Below are positions 30,974 to 41,842 of a stretch of DNA of 64,000 nucleotides, piece after piece. Every line of letters starts with the position of its first letter. Position 1 is the stretch's first letter. The notes under the pieces are model-generated. The model was not told where the DNA came from, did no database searches, and was given only the letters and a program-made list of their open reading frames with translations. Source of the stretch: Candidatus Binatia bacterium (lineage in GTDB: Bacteria > Desulfobacterota > Binatia > Bin18); NCBI GenBank assembly GCA_963664395.2, contig OY761159.2:3808001-3872000 (forward strand), given 5' to 3'. The position numbers were made by a program, and so were the translations under genes.

Positions 30974-31081
30974 ACGCCGCGTGCCGACAGGCGGTTTGCC
31001 CGGTGCGTCTTGCACGCGGGTAGGGATGATGACAAGAACAGCGGAGCGCTGAAATTCGCAAAGACTGAGGGGAGGAGAGCT

Positions 31082-32251
31082 ATGGAATCGCTCCGAGGAA
31101 AAGTCGCCCTTGTGGGTGCGGCGGATACTGAGGTTGGGGTTGTACCTCACTTGAGTGCCACCCAACTCTACGTCAATGCGGCCAAACGCGCGCTGGATGA
31201 CGCGGGCATCACAAAGAATGATGTCGATGGCTTGATTACCTGCAATTCGTTTGTAGAGCCGTATATGTATCACGCGGAGATGATCGCCGAGTATATGCAG
31301 ATCTTCCCGCGCTATTGTCTCAATGTCGCCACCGGCGGCGGGACGACGTTGGCGATTATGCACCATGCGGCCGCAGCCATTGCCAATGGGATGTGCCACA
31401 CGGTGCTCATTACTATGGCGGACAACATGCTGTCCGGTCTGTCCCGGGACCGGGCGATTGAAGCCATGTCGACTGCCGGGCATGCCCAGTTTGAACGACC
31501 CTACGGTCCTCCCATCCCCGCGTTTTACGCCCTGATTGCGCAGGCGCATATGCATGCCTATGGGACCACCAGTGAGCAACTGGCTGCTGTGGCCGTGGCC
31601 TGCCGGCGACACGCTTCGATGAACCCGGCTGCGCAGATGCGTGACCCGATTACGGTTGACGATGTGGCGAACTCAAAGATGATTGCGTCGCCCTTGCATC
31701 TGCTGGACTGCTCGCTGGTGTCCGACGGCGGAGCCGCCATTATTCTCACCTCAGCCGAACGCGCCAAGGATTTTCCACATCCTCCGGTTTATATTCTGGG
31801 GGTAGGCGAGGGGCATTCGCACGAACACATCAGTCAAGCTCGAAACCTCACAACATCAGCGGCAAAAGAGGCCGGCGAACGCGCCTATGCCATGGCCGGG
31901 CTGGGGCCGCAGGATATTGACGTGGCGGAACTGTATGACTGCTTTACGCCGGTCGTGGTCATTGAATTGGAAGACCTCGGCTTTTGTCCCAAGGGAGAAG
32001 GCGGCCGTTTTGTTGAGGGCGGCCGTATTGAGTTAGGCGGTGAGCTCCCGGTGAACACGCATGGCGGGATGATGTCGCATTGCCATCCCGGTCATCCCGG
32101 CTCGATGTTTTCAGTGACTGAAGCGGTCTTTCAACTGCGGGGAACATGTGGACCGCGTCAGGTCAAAGACGCCACCGTCGCTTTTGTCCATGCGCAGGGT
32201 GGGATCATGTCCACCCATTGCTCCATGATTCTTGGGAAGGAGGGTGCGTAA
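31082..32251 (+). CDS. Thiolase-superfamily protein (SCP2/Ltp2-like)
   Basis: DCSLVSDGGAA, ELYDCF and PVNTHGG motifs; the canonical N-terminal Cys is not evident (VATGGGT). Confidence 0.9.
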   Translation: MESLRGKVALVGAADTEVGVVPHLSATQLYVNAAKRALDDAGITKNDVDGLITCNSFVEPYMYHAEMIAEYMQIFPRYCLNVATGGGTTLAIMHHAAAAIANGMCHTVLITMADNMLSGLSRDRAIEAMSTAGHAQFERPYGPPIPAFYALIAQAHMHAYGTTSEQLAAVAVACRRHASMNPAAQMRDPITVDDVANSKMIASPLHLLDCSLVSDGGAAIILTSAERAKDFPHPPVYILGVGEGHSHEHISQARNLTTSAAKEAGERAYAMAGLGPQDIDVAELYDCFTPVVVIELEDLGFCPKGEGGRFVEGGRIELGGELPVNTHGGMMSHCHPGHPGSMFSVTEAVFQLRGTCGPRQVKDATVAFVHAQGGIMSTHCSMILGKEGA

Positions 32252-32667
32252 TGACAACGCCACTAGAAAAGGTCCTGCCCGTTCCGACTGGCGAAACGCA
32301 ACCTTTCTGGGAGGGCTGTCGGAATCATGAGCTGCGTATCCAGCAGTGCATCGCCTGCGGCCAGTATCAATTTTACCCCCGTCTCTACTGTACTGCCTGC
32401 ATGAGCGAGCAGGTCGAGTGGGTCAAGGCGTCCGGCCGTGGGACGGTATTATCGTATACCGTTGTCTATCGCCCTGTGACCAAAGCGTTTGCTGAGGATG
32501 TGCCGTATGTTGTGGCTCTTGTCACTTTGGAGGAAGGCCCGCAGATGATGAGTAATATTGTCGAGTGTGACCCTGAGCGGGTGGCGATTGGGATGCTGGT
32601 GACGATTACTTTTGAAGACTGGTCCGAAGATATCTCGGTGCTGAAGTTTCGACCGGTCGCGGCCTGA
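32251..32667 (+). CDS. DUF35 Zn-ribbon/OB-fold protein
   Basis: PFWEG, CIAC, CTAC and LEEGPQMMSNI motifs; TAATG coupling with the thiolase gene. Confidence 0.92.
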   Translation: MTTPLEKVLPVPTGETQPFWEGCRNHELRIQQCIACGQYQFYPRLYCTACMSEQVEWVKASGRGTVLSYTVVYRPVTKAFAEDVPYVVALVTLEEGPQMMSNIVECDPERVAIGMLVTITFEDWSEDISVLKFRPVAA

Positions 32668-32808
32668 ATATGGCGAGGGGTGCAGCCAGGGCGCGTGCCC
32701 GAGGCTCTTGTTTGGGTAGGTCTTGTCTGCACAGGTATGGAAGCCGGGGCGGTTGGTCTGCCGCTTGGCCGCGGTGTCTCTCTCCCCGTTAGGAATAACG
32801 GAGTGACT

Positions 32809-33294
32809 TTAGAGCATGTCTTCTGACACCGGCCGAAAACCTTCAAGTTCCGACAGGCGGCCCTGTCCCAAGACTTGAACAACCCACTGATGCCCCTCTT
32901 GTGCTTCTTGGTGTTCCCGCCACTGTAAGCCATACTCTGCCTGAGCGTCCTCTGCGACTTCTTGGTCTGCTCCGTGCACGGCATAGACGGCTGTTCCGAA
33001 CTGCATGCCTCCCTGCCTTTTCGACTGGCGAACGAGATACGGCGGGTACCGCTGCGTTGACACAATATACTGCTGATCGTTATGAGCGACCTGTTCTTCC
33101 CACCCGCGCGGTTGCCATATGGGACTAAAGCCATAATACCAAGACAAGAGACCGCTGGCGAAAAGGAGTACGAAACTGCCGAGAGCCATGGATGCCCCAA
33201 ACGGAGAATTGTACACCCAGGCTAAGCCGCCAAAGAATAAGCCGGCGAGTCCGGTGACAACGCCGGTATGAGCAAAAATAGTAATGAGTCGCAC
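32809..33294 (-). CDS. Hypothetical membrane protein
   Basis: Two N-terminal hydrophobic helices and a soluble C-terminal part. Confidence 0.55.
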   Translation of the reverse strand: MRLITIFAHTGVVTGLAGLFFGGLAWVYNSPFGASMALGSFVLLFASGLLSWYYGFSPIWQPRGWEEQVAHNDQQYIVSTQRYPPYLVRQSKRQGGMQFGTAVYAVHGADQEVAEDAQAEYGLQWREHQEAQEGHQWVVQVLGQGRLSELEGFRPVSEDML

Positions 33295-33490
33295 TCGAAA
33301 TGCCCTTCTCTACAAAAAGCCGGTGTCGACGAGGCTCGGGTGTATCGTGTTTTTTTGTCCCCGACCACTCCCCTCTTATAGTGGGCTCTTCCTGCATATG
33401 GTAAATATACGAGGAGCGGCTTTGTGCGTTTACCCTCCAAGAGGAATATGTTATCCATGTCAGGAAATTCTATGCCGGGAGGAGACGGTC

Positions 33491-34243
33491 ATGTCCGGCC
33501 ATTCCAAGTGGAGCACGATTAAGCATAAGAAGGCAGTCAAGGATGCCCGCCGCGGCAAGATGTTCACCAAACTGATTAAGGACCTCTCTATTGCGGCCCG
33601 GATAGGTGGGAGCGACCCGACTGCCAATCCCCGCCTGCGTACGGCGATTGCCGCGGCCAAGGCTGCCAGCATGCCCGGAGATACGATAGACCGCGCCGTA
33701 AAAAAGGGTGCTGGCGAGCTTGAGGGCGTGAGCTATGAAGAGGTGATCTACGAAGGGCACGCGCCAGGTGGGGCGGCAATCCTGCTTCAGACGCTGACGG
33801 ATAATAAAAATCGAACCGTTTCTGAAGTGCGCCATCTCTTTACCAAAAACGGTGGGAATCTGGGTCAGCCCAATTCGGTCGCGTGGATGTTCACCCTCAA
33901 GGGCATCCTGACCATAGAAAAAGATCAGGTGGATGAAGACCAACTCATGGAGGTCGCCCTTGATGCCGGGGCAGAGGATATCATAGCTGGTACGGACATG
34001 TTTGAGGTGGTGACCGCCCCGGACGATCTCGAAGAGGTCCGTCAGGCCCTGGAGCACGCCAGTATTACTTTACTGTCTGCCGAAGCGACCATGGTCCCCC
34101 AAAACACGGTCAGTCTGGCCGGCAAAGAAGCCGAGCGGGCGTTACGTCTGCTCGACGCACTCCAAGAGCTTGATGATGTCCAGACCGTTTCAGCCAATGT
34201 AGAAATTGCCGAAGAAGAGATGGAACGATTCAGCGCGGCCTAG
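33491..34243 (+). CDS. yebC: YebC/PmpR family protein
   Basis: MSGHSKWSTIKHKK and TDNKNRT motifs; GGAGG RBS. Confidence 0.97.
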   Translation: MSGHSKWSTIKHKKAVKDARRGKMFTKLIKDLSIAARIGGSDPTANPRLRTAIAAAKAASMPGDTIDRAVKKGAGELEGVSYEEVIYEGHAPGGAAILLQTLTDNKNRTVSEVRHLFTKNGGNLGQPNSVAWMFTLKGILTIEKDQVDEDQLMEVALDAGAEDIIAGTDMFEVVTAPDDLEEVRQALEHASITLLSAEATMVPQNTVSLAGKEAERALRLLDALQELDDVQTVSANVEIAEEEMERFSAA

Positions 34244-34309
34244 GTAAGGGGGCAGACAATCGACTCTTCCGACTCTCGCGACTCTCGTAACCCGCGTGCT
34301 CCACTGCGT

Positions 34310-34921
34310 GTGTTGGGGGTAGACCCTGGCACGCTCCGGACGGGGTGGGGTGTGGTTGATAAGACGCGCCAGGGGCTGACCTTCTGTGCCGGGGATGTCG
34401 TCTCCGTCAAAGGATTCCGCTCTCTCCCCGAACGCCTGCGTCTCATCTATGAAGAGATCGTTGCTGTTATTGACCACTGGACTCCCCATGTCTTGAGTCT
34501 TGAAAAAGCCTTTGTTGCGTATAACGTTCAGAGCGCTCTTCGCCTGGGCGAGGCGCGTGGCATTGTTCTCCTTGCGGCCGCCCAAGCCGGTCTGCGGATT
34601 GCCGAGTATAATCCGACGGAGATTAAAACGGCTGTGACCGGCTATGGCCGGGCAGGAAAAATGCAGGTCCAAAAGGCTGTCTTTGCCCAACTTCGCCATC
34701 CGGATGGCAAAGTTGGCGTCTTTCCGTCAAGCCAGGATGCAACGGACGCGCTAGCCACAGCCATTTGTTACTGCGGTGCTGCTGGCTTGCCCGACATGCT
34801 CCGCCAGGCTGGCGCGCAGCAGCGGCATACTAGCGGGAGGCAGGCTCGTTCCTTGCGTGAGGTCTTTACCGAACAGAGGGTAGCCCAGATGCTTGCCGCA
34901 GAACAGAAAAAGCGTGGATAA
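34310..34921 (+). CDS. ruvC: Holliday junction resolvase RuvC
   Basis: LGVDPG, LGEARG, IKTAVTGYGRAGK and DATDALA motifs; start uncertain. Confidence 0.95.
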   Translation: MLGVDPGTLRTGWGVVDKTRQGLTFCAGDVVSVKGFRSLPERLRLIYEEIVAVIDHWTPHVLSLEKAFVAYNVQSALRLGEARGIVLLAAAQAGLRIAEYNPTEIKTAVTGYGRAGKMQVQKAVFAQLRHPDGKVGVFPSSQDATDALATAICYCGAAGLPDMLRQAGAQQRHTSGRQARSLREVFTEQRVAQMLAAEQKKRG

Positions 34922-34930
34922 CAGGCTCGC

Positions 34931-35530
34931 ATGGCAATACGTATGATTGCGCGCCTGCACGGAGTGCTACACGAAAAGACCCCTGAGCAGCTTATTGTCG
35001 ATGTGGGCGGGGTAGGCTATCAGGTGTTAGTGTCGTTACAAACCTTCTATCATCTGCCAGGAGTCGGGGAACAGGTCAGCCTGCTCATCCATACGCATAC
35101 GCGAGAAGATACGCTCCAGCTGTTCGGCTTCCTTGAAGAAAAGGAAAAGTTGTATTTTCTGCTGCTTCGGAGCGTGAGTGGTATTGGTCCACGCTTGGCC
35201 TTAAACATTCTGTCGGGCATTTCAGTTGATGAGCTTGAGACGGCGCTTCACGCTCGCGACGTGACACGCTTGGTCGCAACTCCGGGTGTCGGAAAGAAGA
35301 CGGCTGAGCGTCTGGTGGTCGAATTGCAGGAAAAGGTAGGGGCGGGGGAAGCGGGGAGCGGCACTCTCCCGGAAACGCCCAGTCCACTCTCGACTGAAGC
35401 GGTCTCTGCTCTGGTGCATCTTGGCTATCGTCAGGCTCAAGCGGAGCGGACGGTGCGGGTGGTCGTACAGAATGGAGCAACTGCCATTGCAGATGTTATC
35501 CGAGAATCGTTACGGAGGCTCAGCGCATGA
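34931..35530 (+). CDS. ruvA: Holliday junction branch migration protein RuvA
   Basis: [16 protein letters not shown] and [10 protein letters not shown] motifs. Confidence 0.96.
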   Translation: MAIRMIARLHGVLHEKTPEQLIVDVGGVGYQVLVSLQTFYHLPGVGEQVSLLIHTHTREDTLQLFGFLEEKEKLYFLLLRSVSGIGPRLALNILSGISVDELETALHARDVTRLVATPGVGKKTAERLVVELQEKVGAGEAGSGTLPETPSPLSTEAVSALVHLGYRQAQAERTVRVVVQNGATAIADVIRESLRRLSA

Positions 35531-36639
35531 GCCAGGAAGTGAAGGACCTGAAAAACGGGCAGGACGAAAGTCTGGAAAGTCCAGGCTGGGACCTGCTTGA
35601 TCCGACCCGCGCTCCGCTCGACGTCGGGCTGGAAGAAGAGGCTGTCTGGCCTAACGAACACCGCGTCAAGGGATCGCTCCGCCCCCGCAGCCTTGAAGAG
35701 TATATCGGCCAAGAGGGAACAAAGCAGAATCTTGCGATAGCGATTGAAGCGGCCAAGCAGCGGGCTGACGTCCTTGACCATCTGCTCTTCTGTGGGCCGC
35801 CCGGATTAGGAAAGACGTCCCTGGCGTATATCATTGCGCGTGAAATGGACGTCGCGATTCGAGCGACAACCGGACCGGTCGTTGAGCGGCCCGGCGACTT
35901 GGCCGCTATTCTGACCAACCTTGAAGAAGGGGATGTCCTCTTCATTGACGAAATCCATCGACTCAACCATGTGGTTGAGGAGTTTATGTATCCGGCAATG
36001 GAGGACTTTGAACTTGACCTGGTTGTTGGCCAAGGCCCATCCGCGCGGACGGTAAAGTTGCCCTTGAAGCATTTCACCCTAGTCGGCGCCACTACTCGTG
36101 CCGGGCTCTTGACCTCACCGCTCCGGGATCGTTTTGGAGCAACGTTTCGATTGGATTTTTACCAGGTGGCCGAGTTGGAACAGATCATTCGTCGATCGGC
36201 CTCAATTCTTGAGGTCGAAATCGATGCGGGCGGAACCGTGGAAATCGCGCGTCGCGCGCGGGGAACGCCTCGGATTGCCAATCGCTTACTCCGACGGGTC
36301 CGTGATTATGCCCAAGTGAAGAAAGAGCCTGTTGTGACTCAAGAAGTGGCCCATGTCGCCCTCACGCTGGTTGAAGTGGATGAGGCCGGGTTTGACAAAA
36401 TGGACCTGGCGATTCTGCGGACGATTATCGAGAAATTCAATGGTGGACCGGTCGGTGTCGAGACCATAGCCGCGGCCATTGGCGAAGAGAAGAACACAAT
36501 TGAAGATGTCTACGAGCCGTATCTTTTGCAAGAGGGTTTTTTGCAGCGCACGCCACGGGGACGTTTGGCCACCCTCAAAGCATACCAACATTTGCACATT
36601 GACCGACCTGGTAAAAAAGAGCGGGGCGATTTGTTCTAA
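35527..36639 (+). CDS. ruvB: Holliday junction helicase RuvB
   Basis: [22 protein letters not shown] and [11 protein letters not shown] motifs. Confidence 0.98.
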   Translation: MSQEVKDLKNGQDESLESPGWDLLDPTRAPLDVGLEEEAVWPNEHRVKGSLRPRSLEEYIGQEGTKQNLAIAIEAAKQRADVLDHLLFCGPPGLGKTSLAYIIAREMDVAIRATTGPVVERPGDLAAILTNLEEGDVLFIDEIHRLNHVVEEFMYPAMEDFELDLVVGQGPSARTVKLPLKHFTLVGATTRAGLLTSPLRDRFGATFRLDFYQVAELEQIIRRSASILEVEIDAGGTVEIARRARGTPRIANRLLRRVRDYAQVKKEPVVTQEVAHVALTLVEVDEAGFDKMDLAILRTIIEKFNGGPVGVETIAAAIGEEKNTIEDVYEPYLLQEGFLQRTPRGRLATLKAYQHLHIDRPGKKERGDLF

Positions 36640-36819
36640 CGAAAGCGTCCAAAACGAACGATGGTGGAACGTGACAGAACATTTTGGCTCGGGCACCGTG
36701 GGGGTCTCTCGATTCAAGGCGAGCGGGTCGCATTCCACTTCCCCTTCACGACCGGTCTGATTGTGAGTATTGATATATCCCTGTTTTTCTTGCTGCCGAG
36801 ACGATAAGAGCGAGAGAGT

Positions 36820-39144
36820 ATGGAAGCCTCAGTCCACGAGAGTCGTTCACACGAGAGTCGCTCACACGAGAGTCGCTCACACGAGAGTCGTTCAGGGGAG
36901 CACAAACGCCGCCAGCTCCGAGAAATATTTGTCATCCTCGCCGCTGCCCTCGGCGTTTTCTTGTTTGCCTTTCTCCAAAGTCGGTCTCCACAATTAAGCG
37001 ATAGCGAAAGCCTGGCCAGCAATATCATTTTCATTCTGCTGATCAATCTCAATATCATTCTGCTTGTTTTGCTCGTTTTTCTTGTTTGTCGGAACCTGCT
37101 GAAGCTGTTCTACGAGCGACGAGGGAAGCTCCCCGGTGCCCACCTCCGTTCTCGGCTCGTTCTCGCTTTTTTAGGAATTTCCCTTTTCCCGGCGGTACTC
37201 CTGTTTTTTATCGGTATCGGCTTTATGACGAAGTCGATCGAGAATTGGTTCTCTTTACGTGTTGAGCACTCGTTAAGTAGTTCGCTTGAGGTCGTTGATG
37301 GTGTCTATACGCGTCTTGCTGATGAGGCGCTCACGCACGCACGGGCAATCGCCCAGACGATTATCTCCCAAGATTTCCTTGAGCCGACGCGCTACGAGAG
37401 TCTGCAAGCCCGTATGAGTATCGAGCAGCACGAACGTGGCTTGGCTCAGCTCGTTGTGTATTCTCCTGCTCTCACCCTTTTGGCCAACGCGCCGGAGACA
37501 AGTGGGGCGCTGACGGCTCCCCAGCTCACCGAGGCCCTCTTGGAACGTGTCCGGTCTGAGACCCAAGAGGTTCAGCAAATCGTGACCATGGAGCAGGCAG
37601 AGCTGGTGTACGGAGGTGTACCGGTCATCGTTGGAGAACACCGTGTTGGTATTGTCGTGGCCGGCACTCAGGTTCCCGTGGACGTGGTCAGACAAGGCTT
37701 GCAGGTGGTTGAGGCGTTGAGGGAGTATCGCCAACTCAAAATTTTGAAACAGCCAATTAAAAACAATTATGTGATTACGATGTTCCTGGTCACCCTCGTC
37801 GTCATCTTCTCGGCGATCTGGGTCGGCGTGTATGTCGCGAAAAAAATTACTGTTCCGCTCCAACAATTATCGGCTGCGACGCGGGAGGTTGCGCGGGGCC
37901 ACTGGGCGCACCGGATTGAGGGAGAAGGGGAGGACGAAATAGGCACGCTCGTCTCCGCGTTCAATCGGATGACCGTCGAACTCCAGCAGAGTCACCAAGA
38001 ACTTGAGGCCCGACGGCGCTATATGGAGATTCTGCTCGGGAATATCAATGCTGGCGTGGTCTCGTTTGATCGGGACGGGCGGCTCTCCACCCTGAACCGG
38101 GCGGCAGAGCAGTTGCTTCATTTGCGTGCAGACAACGTGATTGGCCAGGACTATCGTGTCATCTTCTCCTCAAACGAGTTCCAAGAAGTGCAGCGCATCG
38201 TGCGCGAGCTCCTTCCGGTGCAATACGGCAATGGTAACGACGACAGCCACGAACAGCAGGGCCAGCTCCGTTTGGATCACCATGGACAAGTCCATTCCCT
38301 CTTGATAACAGGAACCCCTTTGCCTGATGACCGGGATAATGCGCTCGGTGTGCTGTGCTTTTTTGAGGATGTGACTCAGATCGTCCAAGTCGAACGCCTG
38401 GAAGCCTGGCGAGAGGTAGCCCGTCGGATTGCGCATGAAATTAAAAATCCGCTCACGCCCATTCAGCTTGCCGCTCAGCGTCTACACCGCCGCTTTGCTC
38501 CCCAGATTACAGACGGGAGCGGGGTGTTTGACGAGTGCGTGCAGAGCATTGTGCATGAAGTCGATGCTATTAAAAAACTCGTCAACGAATTTTCCACCTT
38601 CGCTCGTCTGCCGGCCGGAGAGCATAGTCCGCATGACGTGAATGCGTTGGCGCAAGAGACGCTTGTCCTGCTCGCTGAAGCCTACCGTGATTTGGATTTC
38701 GTCTTTACGCCGGATCGTTCGTTGCCGGTGTTCGAGCTTGATCGCGAGGGTATGCGTCGTGTCATTCGCAATCTGTTAGACAATGCAGTCGTAGCGTGTC
38801 GGGAAGGCGCGAATGGGACTCCGGGACGTATCGAAATCACGACTCGATATTTGCGCCCGCTTGGCATTGTACGCATCGAAGTCGCCGATAATGGCTGTGG
38901 GATCCCGCCCGAAGTAAAGGGACGATTGTTCGAGCCGTATTTTTCAACCAAAAGGGACGGGACCGGATTAGGGCTGGCGATTGTTGCAACCGTGGTGGCT
39001 GATCATCAAGCCTTTATCCGGGTGCGGGACAATGCGCCACGCGGCAGCCGGTTTGTGATTGAAATGCCGGTGCGCAGAAGTGCGCGTCAGACAAATCTGA
39101 GGCGTGAGAGACCCTCGTCGCCATCAATTGAAAACGTAGCGTGA
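36820..39144 (+). CDS. NtrY-like sensor histidine kinase (TM-HAMP-PAS-HisKA-HATPase)
   Basis: AWREVARRIAHEIKNPLTPIQL H-box, DNGCG and GTGLGL motifs; NtrY-type N-terminal TMs. Confidence 0.93.
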   Translation: MEASVHESRSHESRSHESRSHESRSGEHKRRQLREIFVILAAALGVFLFAFLQSRSPQLSDSESLASNIIFILLINLNIILLVLLVFLVCRNLLKLFYERRGKLPGAHLRSRLVLAFLGISLFPAVLLFFIGIGFMTKSIENWFSLRVEHSLSSSLEVVDGVYTRLADEALTHARAIAQTIISQDFLEPTRYESLQARMSIEQHERGLAQLVVYSPALTLLANAPETSGALTAPQLTEALLERVRSETQEVQQIVTMEQAELVYGGVPVIVGEHRVGIVVAGTQVPVDVVRQGLQVVEALREYRQLKILKQPIKNNYVITMFLVTLVVIFSAIWVGVYVAKKITVPLQQLSAATREVARGHWAHRIEGEGEDEIGTLVSAFNRMTVELQQSHQELEARRRYMEILLGNINAGVVSFDRDGRLSTLNRAAEQLLHLRADNVIGQDYRVIFSSNEFQEVQRIVRELLPVQYGNGNDDSHEQQGQLRLDHHGQVHSLLITGTPLPDDRDNALGVLCFFEDVTQIVQVERLEAWREVARRIAHEIKNPLTPIQLAAQRLHRRFAPQITDGSGVFDECVQSIVHEVDAIKKLVNEFSTFARLPAGEHSPHDVNALAQETLVLLAEAYRDLDFVFTPDRSLPVFELDREGMRRVIRNLLDNAVVACREGANGTPGRIEITTRYLRPLGIVRIEVADNGCGIPPEVKGRLFEPYFSTKRDGTGLGLAIVATVVADHQAFIRVRDNAPRGSRFVIEMPVRRSARQTNLRRERPSSPSIENVA
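36835..36894 (+). repeat. 15-bp coding tandem repeat x4 (HESRS)
   Basis: CACGAGAGTCGYTCA, four copies. Confidence 0.95.
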
Positions 39145-39163
39145 GGAAGGGGAGGGACGCCTA

Positions 39164-40474
39164 ATGGAAGAGCTGATTCTCATTGTAGATGACGAAGAAC
39201 AAATCCGGACGACGTTACGCGGGATTTTACAAGATGAAGGGTTCCGTACGCTCGAAGCGGACTCGGGTGAGGGCGTGGTAAACTTAGTCGCCACGTGGCA
39301 TCCGCGTCTCGTGCTCCTCGACATCTGGATGCCACACATTGACGGGATCGCCCTCCTTGAACAGCTTCAGTCTCAAAACCCCGACTTGCCTATTATTGTG
39401 ATTTCCGGCCATGGAACGATCGAAACAGCAGTCCGTGCCACAAAACTAGGAGCGGCCGATTTCCTTGAAAAACCCTTCTCGCTGGAAACCTTACTCCGTT
39501 CGGTCCATCGTGCCCTGGGAAAAGAGCCGGGCCACACCACCTCTGCACAGATAGCCGCCGCTACGGCTGATGCTGACTTCCCTGCGGTGCACGCTACGCG
39601 AAAAATCCCGGCTCGGACCATTCGTCAGAGTGTTGTCGTGCATGGCCGGGGGCTCCACTCGGGGGTCCGCACGGGAATTATTTTCCATCCCTTATCGCCG
39701 GGTAGCGGCATTGTTTTTGGCACGTTGTCCTCAGACATTATGATTCCGGCCACCGTCGAGTATGTCCAATCGACCGGCTACGCAACCAGCCTGTATCGAG
39801 CGGGTACGGGGGTGAAAACGGTTGAACATCTGCTCTCGGCCTTGCATGGCTATGGCATCACTAACCTCCTCATTAAAATGCAAGGAGAGGTTCCCATTCT
39901 CGATGGCTCGGCGCTGGAATTTTGTCAATTGCTCGAGAGTGCTGGCATTGTTGAACAAGACGAAGAGGTGGAAGCCTTGAGTGTGGACCGGACGTATCAG
40001 GTCGGCGACCACAGTGCCGGGAAGTTCCTCCGCATTGAGCCCTCAGAGCAGCTTGAGATATCCTACTGCTTAGAATATCCGGAGCCAGTTGGGAGACAGG
40101 AGTTCCACTACGTCCATGGTGATGCTGACCGCTACCGTGAGACTATCGCGCCGGCGCGTACATTTGGCTTTCTCAAGGAGATTGAGGCACTTGAAGAGAT
40201 GGGCCTTGCCAATGGGGGTCGGCTGAATAACTGCCTCGTGATAGGCGAGCAAGGCATCATCAATCCGCCCCTCCGCTTTGATGATGAGCTTGTCCGTCAC
40301 AAGATTCTTGATTTGCTCGGCGATCTCTATTTATTAGGCCAGCCCATCCGCGGCAAAGTGACTGCCTACCGGACAGGACATGGGGACAACGTCGCTTTGC
40401 TGCGGGCAATTCGAGAGGAGCAGACGCCGCGCGTGCCAGAGCCTCCGTCAAGGGTACCCTCGGCTCTCCAGTGA
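39164..40474 (+). CDS. lpxC: Receiver domain fused to UDP-3-O-acyl-GlcNAc deacetylase LpxC
   Basis: REC: IVDDE, LLDIWMP, ISGHG, FLEKPF. LpxC: GRGLHSG, TVEHLLSAL, EVPILDGSA, PARTFGF, RHKILDLLGDL, GH. Confidence 0.93.
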   Translation: MEELILIVDDEEQIRTTLRGILQDEGFRTLEADSGEGVVNLVATWHPRLVLLDIWMPHIDGIALLEQLQSQNPDLPIIVISGHGTIETAVRATKLGAADFLEKPFSLETLLRSVHRALGKEPGHTTSAQIAAATADADFPAVHATRKIPARTIRQSVVVHGRGLHSGVRTGIIFHPLSPGSGIVFGTLSSDIMIPATVEYVQSTGYATSLYRAGTGVKTVEHLLSALHGYGITNLLIKMQGEVPILDGSALEFCQLLESAGIVEQDEEVEALSVDRTYQVGDHSAGKFLRIEPSEQLEISYCLEYPEPVGRQEFHYVHGDADRYRETIAPARTFGFLKEIEALEEMGLANGGRLNNCLVIGEQGIINPPLRFDDELVRHKILDLLGDLYLLGQPIRGKVTAYRTGHGDNVALLRAIREEQTPRVPEPPSRVPSALQ

Positions 40475-40478
40475 CCCC

Positions 40479-41780
40479 TTACGGTGTCACCCGCTCTAAC
40501 ATTCTGGGAAATGGAATTGATTCTCGGACGTGATGCAGACCGCACAGCCAGGTGACCAGCCGCTCAATACCCATGCCGAAACCTGCATGGGGAACGGAGC
40601 CGTAGCGTCTCAGGTCAAGATACCAAGAGAAGGCTTCTGCGGGCAGGTCATGCGCCTCTATCTTCCCTTGTAGGACGGAGAGGTCGTCTTCACGTTGTCC
40701 GCCCCCTATGATCTCGCCATAGCCCTCTGGCGCTAAGACGTCCATGCATAAGGCAACTCTAGCATCATGAGGGTCGGTCTTCATATAAAAGGCTTTGTTT
40801 TCTGTCGGGTAGCGATGGATCATAACCGGACGGTCAAATTGTTCGGATAAGATGGTCTCGTCATCGCCGCCAAAGTCATCCCCCCACTGAATGTCAACGC
40901 CTTTCGCTTGCAGGCGTTCGACAGCCTCGCTGTAGCTAATACGTGGAAACGGCTTCTTCACCTGAACGAGTTTGGCCGTATCACGCTCAAGTGCTTGGAG
41001 TTCAGCTTGTCGGTTGGCCAGGACGCGCTGGACAACGGCCTCCAGAAAATCTTCGGCGAGATCCATGTCGTCATTCAAGTCGCAGTAGGCAACTTCGGGC
41101 TCAATCATCCAGAACTCGGTCAGATGGCGACGCGTTTTGGATTTCTCGGCACGAAAGGTAGGACCACAGCAGTAGACTTTGCCAAACGCCATGGCGCCGG
41201 CTTCCATATAAAGCTGGCCGCTTTGGGTGAGATAGACGGTGTCATCGAAATATTCGACCGGAAAAAGTGTGGTTGTCCCTTCACAGGCGGCGGGCGTGAA
41301 GATCGGGGCATCGAGGAGGGTAAAGCCATGAGCATCGAAGTAGTCTCGACAAGCCTTTATGACTTCACTGCGAATACGAAGCAAGGCATGCTGGCGTGAG
41401 GAGCGAAGCCACAGGTGGCGGTGGTCGAGCAGAAAGGCAATACCGTGTTCTTTGGGGGTAATGGGATAGTCGTGGGCCTGCTGAGTGACTTTTAAGTCGG
41501 TCACGCCGAGTTCAAATCCAATGGGTGAGCGGGGATCAGCCCGGACCGTGCCCTGTACGACAACGGACGATTCCTGTGTAAGGTCATGCCCTAAGGCAAA
41601 TGTCTCAGCAGAGAGGTCACCCTTGAATACCACACACGGGATCGTGCCGGTGCCGTCGCGGACTTGAAGAAAATGCAATTTTCCGCTGGATCGCTTGTTA
41701 TACAGCCAGCCTCGGAGCTCGACCTCTTGCCCTTCGTATGGCGCGATATCCCTTACATAAACCCACTCAGGCATAGGCAT
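40479..41780 (-). CDS. asnS: Asparagine-tRNA ligase
   Basis: [35 protein letters not shown] and [11 protein letters not shown] motifs. Confidence 0.97.
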   Translation of the reverse strand: MPMPEWVYVRDIAPYEGQEVELRGWLYNKRSSGKLHFLQVRDGTGTIPCVVFKGDLSAETFALGHDLTQESSVVVQGTVRADPRSPIGFELGVTDLKVTQQAHDYPITPKEHGIAFLLDHRHLWLRSSRQHALLRIRSEVIKACRDYFDAHGFTLLDAPIFTPAACEGTTTLFPVEYFDDTVYLTQSGQLYMEAGAMAFGKVYCCGPTFRAEKSKTRRHLTEFWMIEPEVAYCDLNDDMDLAEDFLEAVVQRVLANRQAELQALERDTAKLVQVKKPFPRISYSEAVERLQAKGVDIQWGDDFGGDDETILSEQFDRPVMIHRYPTENKAFYMKTDPHDARVALCMDVLAPEGYGEIIGGGQREDDLSVLQGKIEAHDLPAEAFSWYLDLRRYGSVPHAGFGMGIERLVTWLCGLHHVRESIPFPRMLERVTP

Positions 41781-41842
41781 TCCCTTCCTGGATTGTCGGA
41801 TGCTACTCGGAGGAGCACTATAGCATAAAGGAAAAGGAAGAC

